This document shows positions 53,509 to 60,874 of a stretch of 64,000 bases of DNA, in pieces. The DNA lies in NCBI GenBank assembly GCA_005889535.1, contig VBHC01000115.1:1221-65220 (forward strand), in the 5' to 3' direction. The notes under the pieces are model-generated. The model did not search any database. It had not been told where the DNA came from and worked only from the letters and a program-made list of their open reading frames with translations. This DNA comes from Chloroflexota bacterium (GTDB lineage: Bacteria > Chloroflexota > Dormibacteria > CF-121). The translations under genes were made by a program, and so were the position numbers. Each line of letters starts with the position of its first letter. Positions within the stretch are counted from its first letter, which is position 1.

Positions 53509-54177
53509 GTGAAATTCTCCCGCCTTACCGTCGGGCTGCGCCCGGCCGTCGTCGCGGCGGCCGTCGCCCTGGCGATGGCAGGTTCCCACCCGCTGGCCGC
53601 CTCCGCCGAGACCACCATCGACATCGCCCCGATGAACCAGCAGAACGGCGCCTGGGCCGGGACACGGCTCGGCACTTCGCCGACGGAGACGATCGGCTCG
53701 GCCGGCTGCGCCATCACGGCGGTCGCGATGATGCTCCAGTTCTACGACATCAACCCTGATCCCGGCGTCTTCAACGCCTGGCTCACCGCCAACGGCGGCT
53801 ATGCCTTCGATGACATGCTGATCTGGAACGCCGTGACGGCGTACTCGGGTGGCCGCGTAACATTCTCCGGATGGTTGGGGCCCGACCTGGGCGTCATCGA
53901 AGCCGAGCTCGATGCCGCGCGGCCCGTGATCGCCGAGGTGCAGCTCAATGGCAACCAGCATTTCGTCCTCCTCACCGGATACACCTTGAGCGGTGGGTTG
54001 GTGATCAATGATCCGTGGTTCGGTGACGTTGTCAGCTTCAACGCCCGTTATGGCGATCCGGCGACCGGCATCCTGTCGATTCGCACCTTTATGGTGGGGG
54101 AGCCCGCCGGCCTGCGCGTCGACGGACGGGTGAGCTGGGTCGCCAATGGGATGTCCGCTCAACGGCTAGCGCGATGA
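53509..54177 (+). CDS. Secreted papain-like (peptidase C39-like) cysteine peptidase
   Basis: GTG at 53509. The signal peptide is MKFSRLTVGLRPAVVAAAVALAMAGSHPLAASA/ETT. The candidate catalytic Cys lies in GSAGCAITAVAMML and the His in GNQHFVLLTGY. Confidence 0.65.
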   Translation: MKFSRLTVGLRPAVVAAAVALAMAGSHPLAASAETTIDIAPMNQQNGAWAGTRLGTSPTETIGSAGCAITAVAMMLQFYDINPDPGVFNAWLTANGGYAFDDMLIWNAVTAYSGGRVTFSGWLGPDLGVIEAELDAARPVIAEVQLNGNQHFVLLTGYTLSGGLVINDPWFGDVVSFNARYGDPATGILSIRTFMVGEPAGLRVDGRVSWVANGMSAQRLAR

Positions 54178-54577
54178 CCAGCGCGTCGCCCGCCAGCGGC
54201 GTGGTGGTCCGGTACTGGCGATATTTCCGTTTGAGCGCGGCCAGGGCGCGCTGCTGTTCCGGTCCGTGATCGAGCAGGGTAGCCCGGCCGCGTAGGAGCA
54301 CGTACCAGAGCCGGTTCCAGTTCTCGTCGTAGTGATCGATCAGCAGGGCCGCCGACGGGTTGGTCCGCACATTGCGCACCCGGCGCAGCTCCCCGGGCGC
54401 GGCCGACTTCGGCTTGGCGTCGATGGCGTGGTACAGCGTGTCGCCCAGCAGGACGAAACAAACCGGCACCACCGCCGGCTCTCGTCCACCTGTGGTCGCG
54501 AAGTGACCCACCCGCGCGCGTCCGATGCGCCGCCGCAGGCCGGCCTCGATCAGGGCGATGCCGACATGATCGGACAG
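54089..54577 (-). CDS. PPOX-class (pyridoxamine-5'-phosphate-oxidase-fold) probable F420-dependent enzyme; start uncertain (GTG 54511 or CTG 54577)
   Basis: ARVGHFATTGGREPAVVPVCFVLLGDTLYHAIDAKPKS...LRRVRNVRTNPSAALLIDHYDENWNRLWYVLLRGRA. The in-frame sequence upstream of GTG 54511 (LSDHVGIALIEAGLRRRIGR) looks like the usual N-terminal helix. Confidence 0.75.
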   Translation of the reverse strand: MSDHVGIALIEAGLRRRIGRARVGHFATTGGREPAVVPVCFVLLGDTLYHAIDAKPKSAAPGELRRVRNVRTNPSAALLIDHYDENWNRLWYVLLRGRATLLDHGPEQQRALAALKRKYRQYRTTTPLAGDALVIALAVERTSHWRPSSPVRRRAGRRAPPP

Positions 54578-54625
54578 GTCGCACCGAACCTGTATATCGC
54601 CGCCGGACGAAGAATGGCGATTGCG

Positions 54626-54653
54626 TTGACTTTTGACACTGGCTCTATATCAT
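54626..54653 (+). promoter_or_regulatory. Candidate sigma-70-type promoter (TTGACT - 16 nt - TATCAT) giving a near-leaderless transcript for ORF 54663
   Basis: TTGACT lies at 54626-54631 and TATCAT at 54648-54653. The ATG lies 9 nt after the -10 box. Confidence 0.35.
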
Positions 54654-54662
54654 TTCCTGTAG

Positions 54663-54941
54663 ATGAAGCCGACGGCATGGTTGCAGGCCCGCGCGGTCGA
54701 GCTGGGGGCATCGTTGTGCACCGCGGGGCTTCTGATCGGGGGTCTCGCCCTGGGCGTGCCCTTCTTGCGCGCGCGGATCCCGGAGGTCTTCCTCTACAGC
54801 TTCTGCTGCGTCAGCGCGGTGCTTCTTCGGGCCGTCATCGACCTCGCGGTCCGGGTGGTGATGCTGGGCGCCCGCGCGGTTCGGCCGGGGCATATCCTGA
54901 TATCACCGCTATCAAGATCTCCCGCCGGAGTGGTAAGATAG
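54663..54941 (+). CDS. Small hypothetical membrane protein
   Basis: 92 aa with two hydrophobic segments. A good promoter-like element lies directly upstream. No family recognised. Confidence 0.4.
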   Translation: MKPTAWLQARAVELGASLCTAGLLIGGLALGVPFLRARIPEVFLYSFCCVSAVLLRAVIDLAVRVVMLGARAVRPGHILISPLSRSPAGVVR

Positions 54942-55017
54942 GCGCCACGCGGGAGATCCCCGCGAGCCTGATCGAGAGTCGGGGTCGGGGTGAGCCGCCA
55001 CCGAAAGGGAGGACACG

Positions 55018-55341
55018 ATGGGATATTTGAGAGGCGTGGTGCACGGGATGATCATCGGCGGTGCCGTCGCCCTGCTCTATGCGCCGAAGCCCGGCCGCGA
55101 CATGCGGGCGGACCTTTCGGAGCGCCTCGACCAGGTGCGCGGCCAGATGCAGCCGGTGCTCGATCAGGCGCAAGGCGTCGTGGATACGGCGCGGCCGCAG
55201 GTCGAGCGCGGCATTTCGAAGGCCCAGCAGCAAGCACAGAAGATCACTCGGCGGGGCACCGATGCGGCGGGCGGCAGCGCCACCGCGTACGGCGGATCGG
55301 CGGGGACGGGTAGCGGGAGCGCACCGAGTCCGGGCGTCTAG
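55018..55341 (+). CDS. YtxH-domain (general-stress, membrane-anchored) protein
   Basis: AAAGGGAGGA lies upstream. MGYLRGVVHGMIIGGAVALLYAPKPGRDMRADL is the YtxH signature, followed by a helical, Gln-rich region. Confidence 0.75.
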   Translation: MGYLRGVVHGMIIGGAVALLYAPKPGRDMRADLSERLDQVRGQMQPVLDQAQGVVDTARPQVERGISKAQQQAQKITRRGTDAAGGSATAYGGSAGTGSGSAPSPGV

Positions 55342-55372
55342 TTGCCCCAGCGTCACGGCTTAGAATAACGCC

Positions 55373-56566
55373 GTGGCGCGCAACGGAGGGGGAATCGTCG
55401 TCGCGGGGGGCGTCCGCACCGCCATCGGCAAGTTTGCCGGCGCGTTCAAGGACACCCCGACGTCGGACCTGGGGGCGACGGCAATCCGGGCCGCGGTGGA
55501 CCGTGCCGGCATTTCCCCGGCGGTGGTTGACGAGGTCATCCTCGGTTGCGTCGGCCAGGTAGGCGAGGATGCCTTCAACGCCCGCCTGGCGACACTGAAG
55601 GCCGGTCTTCCCGAGACGACCACGGCGTTCAACGTGAACCGGCTCTGCGGGTCCGGCTTGCAGGCCATCAACAGCGCCGTCCAGGAGCTGCGCACCGGCG
55701 AGGCGCAGGTGGTTGTCGCCGGCGGCAACGAGAACATGTCGATCCAGCCCTACCTGCTCCCCCGCTCGCAGGTGGGATGGCGGCTCGGCGAAGCGGAGCT
55801 GATCGACGGCACGCTGTCGCTGGTCACCGATCCGTTCGGCCGCTATCAGATGGGCTGCACCGCCGAGAAGGTCGCCGACCGCTACGGCGTGTCGCGGGAG
55901 GCGCAGGACAAATTCGCCGCGGAGAGCCAGCGCCGGGCAGCGGCCGCCATCGCCGAGGGCCGCTTCAAGGACCAGATCGTGCCGGTTACCATTCCCCAGC
56001 GCAAGGGCGAGCCGCTGGTGGCCGACCTCGACGAGCACCCGCGACCCGGAACCACCGCGGAGTCGCTTGCCCGGCTCAAGCCGGCTTTTCGAGACGGCGG
56101 CAGCGTGACGCCTGGCAACTCCTCGGGCATCAACGACGCCGGCGCGGCGCTGGTGGTGATGACGAGCGCCAGGGCGGAGGAGCTCGGGGTCACGCCACAG
56201 CTCGAGTGGGTGGCCGACGCGGTGGCGGGCATCGCGCCGGAAATCATGGGCGTCGCGCCCATCTTTGCCGTGCAGCACCTGCTGAAGAAGGCCGGGATGA
56301 CAATCAACGACATCGACCTGATGGAATTGAACGAGGCATTCGCCGCACAGGCGGTCGCCGTGATCCGTGAGCTGGAGATCGACCCCGACAAGGTCAATCC
56401 GAATGGCGGCGCCATCGCGCTCGGCCACCCGGTGGGCGCCACCGGCGCCATCCTGACCGTCAAGCTCGCGTACGAGCTCAAGCGCCGGCAGGCCGAGTGG
56501 GGCATCGTCACGATGTGCATCGGCGGCGGCCAGGGGATCGCCACCCTCTTCCGCAACTTGAACTAG
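55373..56566 (+). CDS. Acetyl-CoA C-acetyltransferase (thiolase II)
   Basis: 397 aa with a GTG start. Motifs include NRLCGSGLQAI (active-site Cys), NPNGGAIALGHPVGATG and CIGGGQG. Confidence 0.9.
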   Translation: MARNGGGIVVAGGVRTAIGKFAGAFKDTPTSDLGATAIRAAVDRAGISPAVVDEVILGCVGQVGEDAFNARLATLKAGLPETTTAFNVNRLCGSGLQAINSAVQELRTGEAQVVVAGGNENMSIQPYLLPRSQVGWRLGEAELIDGTLSLVTDPFGRYQMGCTAEKVADRYGVSREAQDKFAAESQRRAAAAIAEGRFKDQIVPVTIPQRKGEPLVADLDEHPRPGTTAESLARLKPAFRDGGSVTPGNSSGINDAGAALVVMTSARAEELGVTPQLEWVADAVAGIAPEIMGVAPIFAVQHLLKKAGMTINDIDLMELNEAFAAQAVAVIRELEIDPDKVNPNGGAIALGHPVGATGAILTVKLAYELKRRQAEWGIVTMCIGGGQGIATLFRNLN

Positions 56567-56616
56567 CCGGCCGCCGGCGGACAGGGATCGGAGCCCTCCG
56601 CGTTGTACTGGGAGGC

Positions 56617-57417
56617 ATGTCCCGGCTTTACCGCCGTCCGGTCATCCTCGGCGTCACCCTTGTGCTTTCCGTCGTGGCCCTGGCGCGCTTTGGCATCCTG
56701 CTGACGATCCTGGTCATGGTGGTTGGCGTCACGGCGGCGGTGCTGGTCGGCCGCCACCAGGCCGGCCTGTTTACGATCCGCAAGAAAGGGCCGCGTGGCA
56801 CCGCCTGGCGGCCGGCGGTTCAGCATCAAGAACTCCCGACCCCCGCCGATGACCCGGTGATCGCCTTCGCCGAGCCAGTAGTGGAGCTTTTCGCCTCCCG
56901 GACGCCACCTCTCGCCCACCTGCAGCTGAACCCCGGCCTTCGCAGCCAGCTCGACGGCTTTGCGCTTGGCCGGACCAAGCGGATCATCGAAGCGCCGGAC
57001 CTGCTGCCGCACGCCGCCGCCGACGCCGAGTCGTGGCCGCATGTCGAGGCCGCTGTCCGCAAGAGCCTCGACCTCGCCCGCTCCCGCGGGGTCGAGCTGC
57101 TGCCGGAGGGACAGAACCGTTTGAACCAGGCGCTCGCGCTCAGCGCCACACAGGGCGTGTTGCTCGCGGAGTGGCGTCAGCTCGAAGACGGGAAGACGAT
57201 CTGGGACGGAGCCAGTGCCCGGGTGCGCGCATCCGACGCCTTCACCATCCAGCGGATCTCGGACGCCATGGAGCGGCAGCTGCTGCCCGACCTCTTCGCC
57301 GGCGTCGCCCGCCGGCCACCCGACTTCGAAGTCCGTCTGTTATTGCCGTACGCGTTGGCCACCGCGTTTTATCTGCGGCTCAGCGGCAACCCGCCGCACG
57401 CCTTTAGCGCCGCCTGA
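56617..57417 (+). CDS. Hypothetical membrane-anchored protein
   Basis: ATG at 56617. Two N-terminal TM helices are followed by a ~200 aa soluble region. No family recognised. Confidence 0.5.
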   Translation: MSRLYRRPVILGVTLVLSVVALARFGILLTILVMVVGVTAAVLVGRHQAGLFTIRKKGPRGTAWRPAVQHQELPTPADDPVIAFAEPVVELFASRTPPLAHLQLNPGLRSQLDGFALGRTKRIIEAPDLLPHAAADAESWPHVEAAVRKSLDLARSRGVELLPEGQNRLNQALALSATQGVLLAEWRQLEDGKTIWDGASARVRASDAFTIQRISDAMERQLLPDLFAGVARRPPDFEVRLLLPYALATAFYLRLSGNPPHAFSAA

Positions 57418-57438
57418 CCGCCGCTTCGGGCGAGGCGG

Positions 57439-58548
57439 TCAGCGCGAGGCGACGCGGGCGGGGAGCTCCTCGTGCCGCTGGAGGGGAAACCGCACGTAGG
57501 AGCGATCACCGATCCACTGCGTGGGTGGCGCCGCCCACCATTTCGCCATGTTGTTGAGCGGGACCGCATACTGGGTTCGCAACCGCGAGAACGCGGTCCA
57601 CGACTCTTCCGCCCCGCGCAAGGCCCAGCCGGCCGCGGCCAATCGTTCACGGGCCTGGTCAAACTCGTAACGCTCGACGCCAGGATCATGGTCGCGGGCG
57701 ATTCGGAAAAACCGGCTCAGGTCTTCGACCAGGTGTGTACCCATCGCAAACATCATCTTGGCCGGGCCGCGCGGGCCATCAACGACCGTCGTCAGGATGA
57801 GGGTGGTCGCGTCCAGCACGGCGCCCAGCGCGCTCACCCAGGATTCGTTGTCGTGCGATGAACGAAAGTAGGCGAGCACGGGGTAAGCCAGATGACTGTC
57901 CAGCACTTCGGCTGCCCATTTCTCCCAGTCGGCGAAGAGGCGTGGCAGGTCGTCGACCATCCCAAGCCTCAACATCGTCTCGAGCAGGTTGACCCCGGAG
58001 GGCGGCGCGCCGGCCCGCGCGTCGAGCGTGACGATCAGGATCTCGCGGCGCTGGAAGGATCCATACAGCGAGAACAGGAAGCTGATGGCCAGGGCGATGG
58101 TGCCGAGGCCGGTGCCGCCGGCGATCAAGGCCAGCATCCGAGCCAGTCCCGAGGTCGCCACAAAGTCGCCGAACCCGATGGTGAGGACCGACGTGCCGGC
58201 AAAATACAGCGCCGTCGGGAAGTCCAGCACGAGAGGATGCAGCTGGGCACGCAGCCCATCGAAGATCAGGCCGAAGCCGAGCACGAGCCCGAACAGCCAG
58301 AGAACGAGCAAGACCACCACCACCAGCGGGGCATAGACACCGAGGACGCGCTCGCGTTCTGCCGTGGCACGGGCCCGCAACCCGATCGTTCGCCAGGCCC
58401 GCCAGCCAGGCCGCACGACCCAGCGGGTCAGGCGGTAGCGTGCCGGGGTCGGCCGGGGGACCACGACGCTCTGAAAGACATCGTTGAGGATGTAACCGAG
58501 GACGATGATGCCGAGGATGACTTCAGGCGCCCGGAGCATGGAGGCCAT
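57439..58548 (-). CDS. Potassium-channel-like protein (pore helix plus selectivity filter TIGFGD)
   Basis: 369 aa. LYFAGTSVLTIGFGDFVATSGLARMLALIAGGTGLG is a K+ channel P-loop variant (TxGFGD). A large C-terminal cytoplasmic domain follows. Confidence 0.7.
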   Translation of the reverse strand: MASMLRAPEVILGIIVLGYILNDVFQSVVVPRPTPARYRLTRWVVRPGWRAWRTIGLRARATAERERVLGVYAPLVVVVLLVLWLFGLVLGFGLIFDGLRAQLHPLVLDFPTALYFAGTSVLTIGFGDFVATSGLARMLALIAGGTGLGTIALAISFLFSLYGSFQRREILIVTLDARAGAPPSGVNLLETMLRLGMVDDLPRLFADWEKWAAEVLDSHLAYPVLAYFRSSHDNESWVSALGAVLDATTLILTTVVDGPRGPAKMMFAMGTHLVEDLSRFFRIARDHDPGVERYEFDQARERLAAAGWALRGAEESWTAFSRLRTQYAVPLNNMAKWWAAPPTQWIGDRSYVRFPLQRHEELPARVASR

Positions 58549-58566
58549 AGTACCGCCGGCCGAGGC

Positions 58567-58653
58567 TGGTGCCGGGACAGGGACTCGAACCCTGACGCCC
58601 TTACGGGCAGGCGATTTTAAGTCGCCAACGTCTACCTATTCCGTCATCCCGGC
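58567..58653 (-). tRNA. tRNA-Leu (anticodon UAA), long variable arm, CCA encoded
   Basis: The minus strand reads GCCGGGATGACGGAATAGGTAGACGTTGGCGACTTAAAATCGCCTGCCCGTAAGGGCGTCAGGGTTCGAGTCCCTGTCCCGGCACCA. The anticodon loop is CT-TAA-AA. Confidence 0.85.
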
Positions 58654-58720
58654 GCGAGCAACATTGTAGGGGCGTCGGTCTTGTTTTCTCTCGCGCGGTG
58701 GAGTAGGCTCCCTGACCTGC

Positions 58721-60454
58721 ATGCCCCGCGTCTTTTTCCGCCCGGCGGCGGCGATCCTGGCGACCGGCCTGCTGAGCAGCGGGCTTGGTTCGGCCGCCCC
58801 GCAGGCTGCCCGCGCCAGCGGACCGCCGAGCTCGCTGATCGCCGCAGTCCCACTTCAACAGCTCGATCGGCGACCCGAGCGGATTCCGTCGGCAGTTCCG
58901 GCGCCCACTGCCACCCCGTCGCCCGCACCAACCCGTCGACCGCGACCGGTCGCCACCGCGCATCCGATCCCGGTCCCGGCCGTCGCCGCCCAGGAGGTCG
59001 CGCTCGTCAACCTGGACACCGGCCGGTTCCTCTGGCAATCGAATGCCCGCGCCGCACGGGCGCCGGCAAGCCTGACCAAGATCTTCACCGCCATGGTCGC
59101 GGTCGACCTGATCGGGATGAATACCACCGTCACCGTGCCCGCCTCCATCACGCAGCTGCCGGCCGACTCCACCTCCATGGGCCTGACGCCCGGCGAGCGG
59201 CTCACCGTGCGCGAGCTGCTCGATGGTGTCTTCCTCAACTCCGGCAACGACGCGGCGGAAACGCTCGCCTCGGCACTTACCTCGCGGTCGACGTTCATCG
59301 CCGCCATGAATAGCAAGGCGGCCCGGCTTGGCCTGCGCGGCACCCATTTCATCAACCCGACCGGCCTCGACGCCCCCGGCCACTACTCGTCTGCCTATGA
59401 CCTGGCGCTGGCGGCCACCTACCTCGAATCGCACTACGCCGCGCTGGTTGGGATCGCCGCCACGCCCGCCATCGACATTCCCGCGAGTACGACGCACAAG
59501 GCCTTTGCGCTGGTCAATCTGAACAAGCTGATGCACACCTATCCGGGCACCTACGGATTGAAAACCGGCTGGACCGAGGCGGCGCTGGGCTGCCTGATCA
59601 CGACATCGAGCCGCGGTGGTCATCGGCTGCTGGCGGTGCTGCTCGGAGCCCCGAACGGCACGGCCTACGGAGAGAAGCCGAAACTACGCCGGCGCAGGTC
59701 GCATCTGGGCCCGTCGGGTGACGACGAGCGCCACCGCCCCGGCACCGGCGACGAACGCCGCGAGGCTGACCAGCCAGCCGACCAGAGGGACCAGTCCCAC
59801 CACGGTCAGAACGAAGAGGCCGGCGAGCAGTGCCAGGACATCGTGGTACCCACCCCAGCCGAGCCGGGCGAAGATCAGCCGGCCCAGCAGGAAACCGGAC
59901 ACGACGTAGCCGATGGCCAGGGCCAGGATCCAGAGTGGGATCAGCAGCAGCCCGAGCCACCAGCCGCCGAGCAGCAAGCCCACGATGAACACGATCAGAG
60001 CCACGATCGGTGTGACGACCAGGATGGCCGCGCCAATCCCCAGGCTGGCCCAGGGCTCGGCGCGCAATGTATCGATGCTCCGGGTGCTGAACCGGGGCAG
60101 CAGCAAGAGCAGCAGGACACCGAGGGCGAAGATCCCGATCAGTCCGCGCAGCCACCCCAGAAAGCCATTGGCCGCGCCCCGGGTACCCTGCTCGGTCGGA
60201 GTCCGCCGGGTCGTCGTTCCGGCGACGTGGGCCCCGTTGGCCAGCACTACCGCGTTGGAACTCGTGTAGTCCAGGTTGCCGCCGATCTGGGCACCGTCGA
60301 GGCGCAGGTCGTCGACATTGCCGCGGACATCGCCACCCACCCGACCGCGCAGGGTCACCTCGCCGGCGGCCATGCTCACCCGGCGAGCGACCGGCGCCGA
60401 CACGGTAGCCGTCCCGCCGGCGATCACAAGGTCGCGCCCGATGGTCCCGCCTGA
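58721..60454 (+). CDS. D-alanyl-D-alanine carboxypeptidase (PBP5/S11 family); family-like sequence ends at about 59680 but the ORF stays open to 60454
   Basis: A signal peptide is followed by SxxK (ASLTK), SxN (NSGND) and KTG (LKTGW). After ...LLAVLLGAPNGTAYGE the remaining ~250 aa are charged low-complexity sequence antisense to the convergent gene. Confidence 0.75.
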   Translation: MPRVFFRPAAAILATGLLSSGLGSAAPQAARASGPPSSLIAAVPLQQLDRRPERIPSAVPAPTATPSPAPTRRPRPVATAHPIPVPAVAAQEVALVNLDTGRFLWQSNARAARAPASLTKIFTAMVAVDLIGMNTTVTVPASITQLPADSTSMGLTPGERLTVRELLDGVFLNSGNDAAETLASALTSRSTFIAAMNSKAARLGLRGTHFINPTGLDAPGHYSSAYDLALAATYLESHYAALVGIAATPAIDIPASTTHKAFALVNLNKLMHTYPGTYGLKTGWTEAALGCLITTSSRGGHRLLAVLLGAPNGTAYGEKPKLRRRRSHLGPSGDDERHRPGTGDERREADQPADQRDQSHHGQNEEAGEQCQDIVVPTPAEPGEDQPAQQETGHDVADGQGQDPEWDQQQPEPPAAEQQAHDEHDQSHDRCDDQDGRANPQAGPGLGAQCIDAPGAEPGQQQEQQDTEGEDPDQSAQPPQKAIGRAPGTLLGRSPPGRRSGDVGPVGQHYRVGTRVVQVAADLGTVEAQVVDIAADIATHPTAQGHLAGGHAHPASDRRRHGSRPAGDHKVAPDGPA

Positions 60455-60853
60455 GCCGATGTCGACGGTCCCGCCGGTCACGACAACGTCCTGCTCGACG
60501 GGTGCGTTGAGAGTGAGGTTGCCGCCCGCCGCCCGGATGCTGCCGCCCACCTTGCCGGTCACATTGATGGTGCCGCCGGCAACCATGACGTCGCGGGTGA
60601 CGGTGCCGGAGACCGTGATCGTGCCGCCGGCGGCGATCACGCTCCCGTTCACGTTCCCAAGGATGCTGACCGTGCCGCCCGCTGCATAGATGTCGTCGTT
60701 GACGGTCTGGCCGGTGCCGACCGTGACGCTGGGACCCTGTCGAAGATCAGCCGCCGACGCTTCCAGCGGCAGCCAGGCACAGAGCGCGCCGACGACGATC
60801 GATCCACCCAGCGCGGCGAACCAGCGGCGATGCCTCGGCGTCGTGACTGCCAT
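59684..60853 (-). CDS. Exported polymer-forming (bactofilin/DUF583-like beta-helix) domain fused to a polytopic membrane domain
   Basis: The signal peptide reads ...LPLEASA/ADL. About 10 degenerate repeats follow (GGTVSILGNVNGSV, GGTITVSGTVTRDV, GGTINVTGKVGGSI...). Four or five C-terminal TM helices complete the protein. Confidence 0.7.
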   Translation of the reverse strand: MAVTTPRHRRWFAALGGSIVVGALCAWLPLEASAADLRQGPSVTVGTGQTVNDDIYAAGGTVSILGNVNGSVIAAGGTITVSGTVTRDVMVAGGTINVTGKVGGSIRAAGGNLTLNAPVEQDVVVTGGTVDIGSGGTIGRDLVIAGGTATVSAPVARRVSMAAGEVTLRGRVGGDVRGNVDDLRLDGAQIGGNLDYTSSNAVVLANGAHVAGTTTRRTPTEQGTRGAANGFLGWLRGLIGIFALGVLLLLLLPRFSTRSIDTLRAEPWASLGIGAAILVVTPIVALIVFIVGLLLGGWWLGLLLIPLWILALAIGYVVSGFLLGRLIFARLGWGGYHDVLALLAGLFVLTVVGLVPLVGWLVSLAAFVAGAGAVALVVTRRAQMRPAPA

Positions 60854-60874
60854 CCGAGTCTCCCTCCGAAGAGC

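Noticed and set aside
53034-53759. 241-aa plus-strand ORF covering the long intergenic region and part of the C39-like gene
   Set aside because: It is in a different frame from the signal-peptide-bearing peptidase ORF. Its product is Arg/Pro/Gly-rich junk with no SD or motif.
55244-56428. 394-aa minus-strand ORF opposite the thiolase
   Set aside because: Shadow ORF. The thiolase on the plus strand has its active-site motifs.
58601-59623. 340-aa minus-strand ORF opposite the D,D-carboxypeptidase and overlapping tRNA-Leu
   Set aside because: Arg/Gly-rich antisense ORF. It overlaps a tRNA gene and a motif-bearing PBP gene.
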